IMG/VR virus record: IMGVR_UViG_3300007734_000755
Span: 50,838 to 114,837 of that record
Source of the DNA: a virus
Reading direction: 5' to 3' (one strand)
DNA: 64,000 nt
Part shown: piece after piece, positions 27,553-36,471 of the stretch
How positions within the stretch are numbered: position 1 is the stretch's first letter
Layout: each line of letters opens with the position of its first letter
Position numbers and translations under genes: made by a program
Notes under the pieces: generated by a model
What the model was told of the DNA's origin: nothing
The model's input: only the letters and a program-made list of their open reading frames with translations
Database searches by the model: none

Positions 27553-27581
27553 ATCTTACCAACTTGACTATTTGCTGTCAA
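27553..27581 (-). promoter_or_regulatory. sigma70-type promoter for the replication operon, probably leaderless
   Basis: TTGACA-N17-TAAGAT with TGn; ATG only 6 nt after the -10 box; no SD. Confidence 0.7.
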
Positions 27582-28812
27582 ACTCGATTGTTGCTTGGTT
27601 TCGATATGTAACAGTTCCAACATTATCTGTAAAATATTTTATAGCGGCGATAGCAGCCTTTGCTGGATTGGTGTCCTGATTAGATCTAAAAATTTCTATT
27701 GACGTCTCTCTAGCTCTATCTAATGTTTCTTCTTCGACAGTACCAGTCAACTCTGCACTTCTAAACAAGAGATAGAGTCTTATGTAATCCTCTATCCCAG
27801 TAGGAGTCATAGTTTCTCTGGGAGTATCCTGTACGTTTGCTGTACCACACGGATTTATCAAATAACTCTTATACGAGGAGGTAGAGGCGATAAACGCAGA
27901 ATAAAATGATTTAATTGTCGTTATAAATTCATTAAGATAACTGTAAGAATCCATGTCGTATGGTATCACTCGATCGTAATATGTGTCAAAGAATAGTTGT
28001 AGCTTTTCCTCTGGATTCTCCTTGGTGAGTATCCCTGGTATAAAGTTTGCCGCAACTGTTTCGAAGTCTAATTGATTCTCTCCGGAATCCGCCGGTTTAG
28101 TCCTTATATCAACGTAAACTCTCCACGGAATTTCTCTATCAATTTTTAAATTATTTCTAATACACAGCTCTAGAAACGGTTCGTGATTTGGGTCCTCAAA
28201 AAACCCGGCTCTTTCATCTTCGTTTATGGTTTTCTCGTTATAAATCTCTATGCCTAATCCGGTATGTAATAAAGAAAAATCCACCGACTCGACGTACCCT
28301 GCTCTTGTGAAGTATTCTCTGTTGTTTTTCACAAAAGAAACAAGTTCATCGGCAAAATCATTAAACGACTTGATAGAATTTGTTTTATTTGATGATTTCA
28401 AATATTGAAAAAACCTTTGATATAGATTTTTTAGAAGCTCAACAAATTCGAGACTCCCGTTTATGTATCCTTTTAATGGCGGAATATCCTTTGCAAAATA
28501 CTTGCTATTTCTGCTCATTGAACCTAGAGCATAATATTCTTTATATTGTTGTCTTAGAGGAAATACAAAGTCTAAAACTGGCTGAATAGCCCTAACCTGA
28601 ATTTTATCCTTGCTGTAGGTACAGTGTCTTAGCAACCCTGGCTTTGGTATAATCGGGATACCTAGAGTGTCAACCTTCCCATAGAATGGCGATGTATACC
28701 AAGAGTCTAGGTAATATTTAGTATAAACAAGACCGGGTTTGGGAGAAACAAACAAATCATTTTTATCGTCGAACTCCTTCCTTCTTAAGAAAGTTTCTTT
28801 TATATTTCCCAT
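27568..28812 (-). CDS. hypothetical protein (tail/baseplate region)
   Basis: Long ORF; position. Confidence 0.55.
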   Translation of the reverse strand: MGNIKETFLRRKEFDDKNDLFVSPKPGLVYTKYYLDSWYTSPFYGKVDTLGIPIIPKPGLLRHCTYSKDKIQVRAIQPVLDFVFPLRQQYKEYYALGSMSRNSKYFAKDIPPLKGYINGSLEFVELLKNLYQRFFQYLKSSNKTNSIKSFNDFADELVSFVKNNREYFTRAGYVESVDFSLLHTGLGIEIYNEKTINEDERAGFFEDPNHEPFLELCIRNNLKIDREIPWRVYVDIRTKPADSGENQLDFETVAANFIPGILTKENPEEKLQLFFDTYYDRVIPYDMDSYSYLNEFITTIKSFYSAFIASTSSYKSYLINPCGTANVQDTPRETMTPTGIEDYIRLYLLFRSAELTGTVEEETLDRARETSIEIFRSNQDTNPAKAAIAAIKYFTDNVGTVTYRNQATIEFDSK

Positions 28813-28821
28813 TTTGTTCCT

Positions 28822-31539
28822 TTATGGCAGCTTCGCGTCTTTACCAAAATGTTCAGCTCTGTCAAGCGATGTCACCTTTATCTTTTTAACGTTTTTGTTC
28901 TTCTTTGCTTCTTCCTTGCTCTTTGTTTCTGGAGGGATTACATTTTGAGCCTCTATTTTTATAATAGATTCAACGTCATTCTCTAGAAGCTGAATAACAT
29001 GATCAACTGGATTTGTCATCAAGATTGATACGCTATCAGTTATTTTTCCGCTAGCAACCGGAATAGAGGCGGTCTTCGTTTTTTCCCTATTGTTATTTCT
29101 TGGATTATAAAACCAGTCTGCCTTGGCCACTGTGGTATATTCGTTTGTTGAACTAAAAGTATCGGTCGTTTCCTTCACTTTATAATATCCGGCTATACCG
29201 GGATCGTTTTCTTCAGAATCTATTCCTAACGGATTAGAAGGAATACAAATCACTGAGTCGTAATCAAACATATTATTACCCAGCATTGTTGCACTAGTTT
29301 GATAATAAAAGAAAAATGTTCTCGATTCCTTATTGGAAAGAGCTTCTAACGCAAGAGCCGACCTAATCTTTGTAAAATCTTGCGCCATAAAGTTCATCGC
29401 TGTAACAGCACCACCATCTGCTCCAATCTTTATATGAATTATTCCTCTCTTAGAATCTTCAATCTCATCAAACTTGAACTCTGAATTCCCTAGGTTAGTA
29501 AACATCGGAGATGATATCTGCGAAGTCTTATTATTGATTTGCCCGTGATAAATTAACGGAAGAGCTTTATCGGTTGGATTTTTGCTAATCAACTCAGACA
29601 ACTTCCTCAAGTTAGTTTCGTCACTAGAAAAATATACTTGTTCCACCAAATCTTTTGGTGGAGGACTCTTTAAATAAAATTGAGTTTGTTTTATTGCAGT
29701 GGTTGGCGATTTGTCATCAAACCCAACTCTGTTGCGATATAATATTTCCGGAACCAAATCAGTTAGAATATCGGTTATAAATGCCCCAAACGAATATTCT
29801 AGAAGATCCTTCTTGAAAAATTTATTGTAGTACCACTGCTGGAAAACTCCGGTTTCTACCAGAAGGTCCCCAATGTTGACAGAGCAGGTTTCTTCCCCAA
29901 CCTTCATCAACACGCTTCCAAACATCATATGTGGTAGTGACACTTTTTCTTCTTTTTCTAAGAACATATATCCTGCCGACAGCAGTGCCTTTAATGGAAA
30001 AAACATTATATTCCCGTAGTGAGAAGTTTTTACTTTTTCATCGTATGGAGCGTTGAATATTCTTGCAAATATTCTGGTTAACAACTCTTCTGTTCCGGCC
30101 TTGTTTGTCTTGATAAATTCCTTTATGGTCGCATTTTCTTTAAATTTTGATGAGTTATACGTGCTTGTATTTTGAACAAGATCAACAAAATCTCCATTAT
30201 CGGGGTGTACTATCGAAAAGATTGTTTTAATTATAAATTCATCCGATGGGGTCTTTATCGTATTAAACCTCACCGAAAACAACTGACCCTGGCTCTTAAT
30301 TTGATCAAGAAACACCGTCGTCAACTCATTTTTTAATCCGCTCATAAGGAGGGCTATTGTCTTGTTTGTTCTTGAAAGATCTTTCGTTATATCTTTTATT
30401 TTGAACTCTTTTCTTTTCTGCTCAATTTTGCTTATTTCCCCAACTTCGTGTTCTGTTTTTGAATTTCTTAGTTGTTCATCTAATAATTTTGATTGATTCT
30501 TCAGATCTCCAAGTCTTTTTAGTTTATCAAGAGATTCTTTCTTTATCTTTAAATTTTCAATATTTTTTGAAGTTGGTGCAGGCTTAGATATGTCGTTCAC
30601 GGCGCGTAAAGATGTATCATGAAAGTTATAGAAGGACACTCCAAGAGAAATTACCCCTTTTTCATCAAATCCAAAGTCATGCTTAAATTTGTTTAAGAGA
30701 TAAACCTTTTTTTCCTTGGCCTCTATTACACTTATCAAGTGGTCGCTTACTCCAGTTATTCCATTGGCAACCTTACGCCCGTATTCAAGCCTTATTATCT
30801 CTTTTTTTGTATCGAGATTAGTAACTAACTTCATAAAACTTAGGCCATATGGAAGCTTTGTTTCGCCCTTTCTACACGGAGTTCCCTGTTCATTAATTTC
30901 TTGCGTAAGAACATTCATATTCCCAAACACAAACTTAATGTCTATCATAGAATTTATGTGAGTAGACAAATTGAACTTGTTCTCAACAGAAATATCTAAG
31001 ATTCCACATCCTTCCGACCTTGCATTTTTGTTGTTTAAGATAAAGTCCAAATCGTATTTTTGTTTGAACGGAAAGTCTATAAATTGAAACTTATCTCTGG
31101 GCGTTTTTTTGTATCCATATTGAAGTTTCACATATGGCTGAAGAAAGGCCGCCTGATACGGTTTCATTGATGACATAAACAACAGGTAGTCTTGAAGATC
31201 CTTAGAAGAGACTGATTGGCCTTTTAGAGTTTCATCTATTTCAAATATGTCTAGGAATCTTCCGTTTAGGAAAATAAACTTATCCTCCTTCTCACCTGCT
31301 CTTTCCACAATAAATTTATTAAAAGAAGCGTCAGTTCCCAACCCCTTACGCAACGCATTATACAGAGCCAGTTGAGTTGGTGTTCCAGGAAAAGTCTTAT
31401 CATAAAATAAACGCGCCAGGACGCTTTTTTTTCTTTCTCCTCGAGAAAGAATAGGGGTGATAAATTCAGATATCCATCCCTGTGGGTTCAGATGATTAAG
31501 AGGGAAATAAACATTTAATTCGTTAGATAATTCTATCAT
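28822..31539 (-). CDS. putative baseplate hub protein
   Basis: 905 aa; follows the LysM-like gene; C-terminal LGNNMF...GYYKV..T..FS...YTT resembles late-control D/hub ends. Confidence 0.45.
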   Translation of the reverse strand: MIELSNELNVYFPLNHLNPQGWISEFITPILSRGERKKSVLARLFYDKTFPGTPTQLALYNALRKGLGTDASFNKFIVERAGEKEDKFIFLNGRFLDIFEIDETLKGQSVSSKDLQDYLLFMSSMKPYQAAFLQPYVKLQYGYKKTPRDKFQFIDFPFKQKYDLDFILNNKNARSEGCGILDISVENKFNLSTHINSMIDIKFVFGNMNVLTQEINEQGTPCRKGETKLPYGLSFMKLVTNLDTKKEIIRLEYGRKVANGITGVSDHLISVIEAKEKKVYLLNKFKHDFGFDEKGVISLGVSFYNFHDTSLRAVNDISKPAPTSKNIENLKIKKESLDKLKRLGDLKNQSKLLDEQLRNSKTEHEVGEISKIEQKRKEFKIKDITKDLSRTNKTIALLMSGLKNELTTVFLDQIKSQGQLFSVRFNTIKTPSDEFIIKTIFSIVHPDNGDFVDLVQNTSTYNSSKFKENATIKEFIKTNKAGTEELLTRIFARIFNAPYDEKVKTSHYGNIMFFPLKALLSAGYMFLEKEEKVSLPHMMFGSVLMKVGEETCSVNIGDLLVETGVFQQWYYNKFFKKDLLEYSFGAFITDILTDLVPEILYRNRVGFDDKSPTTAIKQTQFYLKSPPPKDLVEQVYFSSDETNLRKLSELISKNPTDKALPLIYHGQINNKTSQISSPMFTNLGNSEFKFDEIEDSKRGIIHIKIGADGGAVTAMNFMAQDFTKIRSALALEALSNKESRTFFFYYQTSATMLGNNMFDYDSVICIPSNPLGIDSEENDPGIAGYYKVKETTDTFSSTNEYTTVAKADWFYNPRNNNREKTKTASIPVASGKITDSVSILMTNPVDHVIQLLENDVESIIKIEAQNVIPPETKSKEEAKKNKNVKKIKVTSLDRAEHFGKDAKLP

Positions 31540-31542
31540 TAA

Positions 31543-31887
31543 TTAAAATCCATAAAGGTTTAGGATGACATCCAACGGAACCGGTATTTTTATGATATCT
31601 CCAAATTTAATATCAGCTTCGGTGGCTATCCCGTTAAAAAGCGCAATTAGCCACCAATATTGAGAATTTCCATAATGGGTATGAGACATCTTATATAATC
31701 TCTTTCCAAGTCCCCAGGTTTCGTTGATATATGTAATCCCAGATAGCTCAGTTTCGGAAGGCTGTCTTGTTGTCGCCGTGCCAGTTTGGATAAGACCAGA
31801 TGGACCAAACCTGCTACTAAATATTTTTTTATAATCAGAATCAATATTCTTAATGATATTTTCTTTTTTATATCGAGAAATAGACAT
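31543..31887 (-). CDS. LysM-like baseplate wedge / tail X protein (gp53-like)
   Basis: RLYKMS..HYG...YWWLIALFN....GDIIKIP. Confidence 0.75.
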   Translation of the reverse strand: MSISRYKKENIIKNIDSDYKKIFSSRFGPSGLIQTGTATTRQPSETELSGITYINETWGLGKRLYKMSHTHYGNSQYWWLIALFNGIATEADIKFGDIIKIPVPLDVILNLYGF

Positions 31888-31889
31888 AA

Positions 31890-32543
31890 TTATTTTTGAC
31901 TCCTTAGAATGTTTACGGGATTACCCCCACCACTGATAAACCCTGGCGTGTAATGGTGTAGCACATTAAAGTTAAAGGATAACGAATATGCCTTTGGATA
32001 GGTTTCATATCCCTCTCCTCGAGAGAATACTCCCTTGGTTAGGTCGTGCTTTATAACAACTCCCCCATCAAAATATCCCAATAAAGAACTGTCTGTCGTC
32101 TTATCATAGATTAAATTAGAGAAGAAGATTGTAACGAGAGGAGGAGATGATATAACATTTACCGCGCCATTCTTTTGATATGACGGATATAAATTTTGGA
32201 CTAGAGTATTCAATTTATCGGCAATCTCTCTTGAGTGAGCCAGCCCGTTGGATGGAAGAGTTAAGTCAAAGGAAATTTTTCTTGTAGTTCCTTGATAGAT
32301 GGGAATCGGGTCCATTCTTCCATACACCTTCTTAGAATCATATGATAAAGAAAAGTTGTCAGACACGTCCTTGATATAAGCCGGGAAGGCTATGGATTTT
32401 GATTTTAGATCATCTGTGTTGCGAGTTGGAAAATAAAAGACCAGATTATATCCTGGCATCTTTGTGCTGATATTGCTCTCATAGTCTGGAGCGTTAATGC
32501 TAACACTACTATCAACTATTTCTTTTATCGTTGGTATTGCCAT
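31890..32543 (-). CDS. baseplate / tube-initiator-like protein
   Basis: FPAYI..SD.F..Y...YGRMDPI..YQGT.RKISF. Confidence 0.6.
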   Translation of the reverse strand: MAIPTIKEIVDSSVSINAPDYESNISTKMPGYNLVFYFPTRNTDDLKSKSIAFPAYIKDVSDNFSLSYDSKKVYGRMDPIPIYQGTTRKISFDLTLPSNGLAHSREIADKLNTLVQNLYPSYQKNGAVNVISSPPLVTIFFSNLIYDKTTDSSLLGYFDGGVVIKHDLTKGVFSRGEGYETYPKAYSLSFNFNVLHHYTPGFISGGGNPVNILRSQK

Positions 32544-32546
32544 AAT

Positions 32547-34145
32547 TTAGAGTCTCCGAGCGGGTGGATTAGTTGAGGTTAGGGCACCAGCGGCAGTATC
32601 CACAACTCGTCCACCAATCTTATAGTCTACAGACAACTTTAGTCCTGTTCCGCTTAGAACTTTGCTTAATTCAGCCATTGCCGCTCCTCCCCTGCTCATG
32701 GCTGAATCGGGGTCCGAGAGCACTTCCTTTAAAGTCGTTCCGACAGACTTACCAAAGGCTTCGAAGGATGACTTAAGTGCAGCGGTATTTCCAGAAACAA
32801 TTGGAGATAGAAATTTTTCGTCCAGAAGTCTTGTGAGCTTTATGGCAGAGTCGGTTCTGCTTCTATCGGAGATCTTAACCTTCTCTGCAAAGGTTTGCGC
32901 CGCCTTACCAGCCTCCAACAGGCCGTCTCTAGCCTCGGCAAAATCTTTAGAGAGGCTAAGGTCTACCATCTTGTCTGCGCGCTCCCTAGGGGTATATCCC
33001 TCTGTTATGAGGGGCCTCTTAGATATATCGGCTATATCTCTAGACAGATCAGTTGATTTATTTAATAAACCGACAACCGTCTTCAAATCCACCCCTGTTG
33101 ATTCTTGAAGCTGCTTTGCGAAATTTCTCTTTGCCTGCGTTGTATTCAATTCTGAATATTTATCTGCCACGCCAGCTATGGCCTCGTATATCATCTTGGC
33201 ACGTTCTTCGTCCTCAGCCTGAAACGCCTTAAACGTATCGAAGGAACCACCCATAAAGGACAGGACTCGATTTATTTGTCCACCCTTTTCGAATCCGGAA
33301 TCTATATCATCAAACTTTCCTACAATGTCAATAAGACCAGACATAGACTGCCCAGTTCTGGCAGCGGTCATCTGCAATCTTTCAAATGACGCTATAGCCT
33401 TATCTGCCGTTTGAACAGAGAATCTATCGAGATTGGTATTAAATGCAGTAAATACAGCATTTGTATTTTGTCCCGTAGATTTTGCAAACCTCTCAAGTTG
33501 TTCAGAAAACCTAATAGCGGCCTCTGTTCCGCCTCCCATCGTATTCTTTGTAAAATTTAGCAGATCCGAGGTGGCCCTTAGACCTATTCCAAATTTATCA
33601 TTAAACACAAGGAGTTGAGACATGGCCTTGCGGTTATCCTCGAAGCTCTTGCTTTGTGTTTCCGTTATTCTTATGGCTGCATTATAAGAATCCACAAGCT
33701 CCAGATTTGCTTTCTTTAAAGAATCATACGAAATACCAAGCGTGGCTAAATCTCGTGCCTGTTCCCCGATTGCTTTCTGAAAGCTTTTATCCTGTCCATA
33801 TTGGACTAGTGTTTTTTGAAATTCTTGAGCGTTTGTATAGGCTCCCTTGAATAGGGTCGTTACATCCTTTATGGCTGCTCCGAACTCTCCCTTTGCCATA
33901 TGTGAAAAGGCAGACATGGCTGCGGTCTCTGTCTTACTTCTTTCATATAGTTCATATACCGCTTCTGACAGGTCCTTAATATTAGATGCGGCCTTGTCTC
34001 CTGCGGTTCCCAAAAGTCCAAATGCCGAAGCCAGGGCCTTAGTTGTTAACTCTACCTTCGCAAAGTCCTCTAGGGTTGCTTCACCACCAAGAACTCTAGA
34101 TGCGGTTTCGCTAGCACCATTTAATAGATCATCCCCTACTCCCAT
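32547..34145 (-). CDS. tape measure protein
   Basis: Ala-rich helical protein immediately after the chaperone pair. Confidence 0.6.
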   Translation of the reverse strand: MGVGDDLLNGASETASRVLGGEATLEDFAKVELTTKALASAFGLLGTAGDKAASNIKDLSEAVYELYERSKTETAAMSAFSHMAKGEFGAAIKDVTTLFKGAYTNAQEFQKTLVQYGQDKSFQKAIGEQARDLATLGISYDSLKKANLELVDSYNAAIRITETQSKSFEDNRKAMSQLLVFNDKFGIGLRATSDLLNFTKNTMGGGTEAAIRFSEQLERFAKSTGQNTNAVFTAFNTNLDRFSVQTADKAIASFERLQMTAARTGQSMSGLIDIVGKFDDIDSGFEKGGQINRVLSFMGGSFDTFKAFQAEDEERAKMIYEAIAGVADKYSELNTTQAKRNFAKQLQESTGVDLKTVVGLLNKSTDLSRDIADISKRPLITEGYTPRERADKMVDLSLSKDFAEARDGLLEAGKAAQTFAEKVKISDRSRTDSAIKLTRLLDEKFLSPIVSGNTAALKSSFEAFGKSVGTTLKEVLSDPDSAMSRGGAAMAELSKVLSGTGLKLSVDYKIGGRVVDTAAGALTSTNPPARRL

Positions 34146-34167
34146 ATCAAATCCTCTATATTAAGTA

Positions 34168-34354
34168 CTACTCATTATCTTTTTTATTTTCCTCGAGGTA
34201 TCTATCGAAGAACCAATCTCGTAGTTTTCTTGGCAACATATAGATCTCCTCGAATGACCACCCCATATGAGTCTTCATTAGATAGATTTTTTCGTATACG
34301 TCGTTTATATAGTCGGCGGGAAGCTCAATGAATTCATAGTTCGGGCCAAAAAAA
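34168..34354 (-). CDS. frameshift-accessed C-terminal extension of the tail assembly chaperone
   Basis: No credible start of its own; GWSFEEIYMLP...R.WF motif typical of gpGT-type C-termini; entered via T7 at 34348-34354. Confidence 0.65.
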
Positions 34355-35164
34355 GTTTGCTGCCAATGGCACGCCCCCCTTATTTGTGTGACCACACTTA
34401 GAACAATCGCTTGTATAATCGAATATTAAATTAGGATTAAGCTCGGAATAATTTGATCTTAGGAATCTAGAATCCCTAACGGGCATTGCCTCAAGGAACT
34501 GGACAATTGTTTCCGTGTCTGTCTTTCCGTTAACAGACAACATCATGTATCTATATCTCGTGAGAAGAGATTCCGCTGGAAGGTTATTTGAAACTCTTTT
34601 TTGTACCACTTGTTCCACAGCGGTCTCATCCTCCCCCGTTAAGAGTTTTACTTCTATTGTCGCCTTAGAAACCGGGAGTGTCATCATTATCGTTCCTGTT
34701 TCCAATATCGTGCAATCTTCTCTTGGGACGAGTTCTTTTATCTTCATATTACTGAAATATTCAGTATGCTTGTTCTCTGTATTACAATTTTCACACTTAT
34801 AGGAAAAATTATACTCATCTCCAAACGCATTTTTTCTAACATTCAAAAGAATTGCATTCTTATCTCCAACAAGAAGATCCTTGGCTCGTATTCTCTTATC
34901 AACCAACAAGGACTCTATAACTCTATCAACAGCTATGCCAGCTTTTTGTAGTCCAGGAGACACCAACAGGTCCTCCTCTCTTGCTGTCATGTACTTTACT
35001 TCTAGCTTTTCTACGCCAAACAGCGGGGAGTCTACTGGATAGAATTTCCCCTGTGATGGTAGGTCTACGAAGTCGGTTGGAACCTCGTAAACGCCTCTAG
35101 GTCTTGAGCCAGTATTCCCGCCACCAAGACCGGGTGGCAGGCCAAATTTGTTTGCATTACTCAT
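34334..35164 (-). CDS. tail/baseplate assembly chaperone (T4 gp26/gp51-like)
   Basis: VDLPSQG.FY, MTAREED, LLVGD, two CxxC, ends NFFWPEL. Confidence 0.75.
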   Translation of the reverse strand: MSNANKFGLPPGLGGGNTGSRPRGVYEVPTDFVDLPSQGKFYPVDSPLFGVEKLEVKYMTAREEDLLVSPGLQKAGIAVDRVIESLLVDKRIRAKDLLVGDKNAILLNVRKNAFGDEYNFSYKCENCNTENKHTEYFSNMKIKELVPREDCTILETGTIMMTLPVSKATIEVKLLTGEDETAVEQVVQKRVSNNLPAESLLTRYRYMMLSVNGKTDTETIVQFLEAMPVRDSRFLRSNYSELNPNLIFDYTSDCSKCGHTNKGGVPLAANFFWPEL

Positions 35165-35179
35165 TTTTTCCTTTTTTGA

Positions 35180-35869
35180 TTAAATACCTAATATTCGCAG
35201 GACAGAATCTTCTTCGGCATAAACACCTCGGAAGCCATAACTCGCCCAGTCGTAATTCAATTCTACCTTAATTGTAGAAAGTTTTTCACCGTCATAAGTT
35301 AAATCAGTTGGAGTAATTCCAGTTATAAAGGCCTGATTTAACCGCCATGATTCAAACACCTTGCCCTGTTCATCTAGTACCTTTATTTCAACCTTCCCTA
35401 GAGCGGCTGTTAGTTTCTGTTTTGATAAATCTAGAACAGTTCCCTCGTTCGAAGTTCTAACATAGCCGGTATTTGGGCCATTGTTAATAAAAGAAGAAAT
35501 CTTATCTCTAATATTATAGAGAGAGTTTGGAAGAACTAAATCACGCTCCCCAGTCCCTATTCCCATTGGGCTGGCATAATAGGCCGAACTATACAACTTA
35601 GACATAAAGTATCCAAGGGTGCTAACAACGGCTTCATCGTCCAATATCTGAATTACGTCAAACGATACCGGACCCTGCCACTCTACCTTCTTCGGATAAT
35701 TAAATTTATATTCTAGAAGCTCATAGGATTCTGTTGTCACTTTGTACTTCGGAACAGTGACTTCTCTAATGATGGCAGCATCAACGCCCTTTATGTTTAA
35801 TATAAAGCGGTGGCTCTGTTGTGCCTGTTTCCCGTTTACAAGGGAACTTTTGTCGAAGAATAGAGGCAT
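35180..35869 (-). CDS. tail tube-like protein 2
   Basis: Paralogue of the upstream tube gene (HRFIL.I.G, YP..VEW, E.W.L..AF, L.YDWA). Confidence 0.75.
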   Translation of the reverse strand: MPLFFDKSSLVNGKQAQQSHRFILNIKGVDAAIIREVTVPKYKVTTESYELLEYKFNYPKKVEWQGPVSFDVIQILDDEAVVSTLGYFMSKLYSSAYYASPMGIGTGERDLVLPNSLYNIRDKISSFINNGPNTGYVRTSNEGTVLDLSKQKLTAALGKVEIKVLDEQGKVFESWRLNQAFITGITPTDLTYDGEKLSTIKVELNYDWASYGFRGVYAEEDSVLRILGI

Positions 35870-35882
35870 CGTTACCTCCTAA

Positions 35883-36458
35883 TTATTTTGGGAATGACGG
35901 AGGATTGCCAGAATCGCCATCTCTCAGTTCTGCCCAATCGTAGGTGAACTCAACTCCCATCTCGATTAGACCTTCCTTATCGTAGTCGGCAGATCCAAAA
36001 TCTACCTTGCTGATCCATGGATTATTAAGAACCCAAGTTTCGTATGTAGCACCCTCAGAATCAATTCTTTGAATTTTAACCTGCTTGAATGGGAATTTGG
36101 CCTTTGAAATGGTCTTTCTGAAATATTCTGGATTTGACGATGACTCGCTAAAATTAGAGGGATAGACATATCCTGCCTTTCTAACATAATCAACAAATTT
36201 CTTTGACATATTATAGTCAATGGTGTCAACTAGCTTTATTTCTGACTTCCCGTTCCATTCTACGGATCCTGGAAAACGAAACTTATGTCCAAGAAACTTG
36301 TGTGTTCCACCCTCTGTAATTGTGAACGATGGCACAGTTGCCGACTTTACAAAGTATGTTGGAATGCCATCAAGATATAGAATAAATCTATGGCTTCTCT
36401 TGGGATCTAGGCCAGCCTTATCTGCTGCCCAAATTGGTTTGACTGGTGGCTGCGCCAT
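35883..36458 (-). CDS. tail tube protein (gp19-like)
   Basis: DPKRSHRFIL, FPGSVEW, ETWVL, FTYDWA; follows the sheath gene. Confidence 0.85.
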   Translation of the reverse strand: MAQPPVKPIWAADKAGLDPKRSHRFILYLDGIPTYFVKSATVPSFTITEGGTHKFLGHKFRFPGSVEWNGKSEIKLVDTIDYNMSKKFVDYVRKAGYVYPSNFSESSSNPEYFRKTISKAKFPFKQVKIQRIDSEGATYETWVLNNPWISKVDFGSADYDKEGLIEMGVEFTYDWAELRDGDSGNPPSFPK

Positions 36459-36471
36459 TTATATTCTCCTA

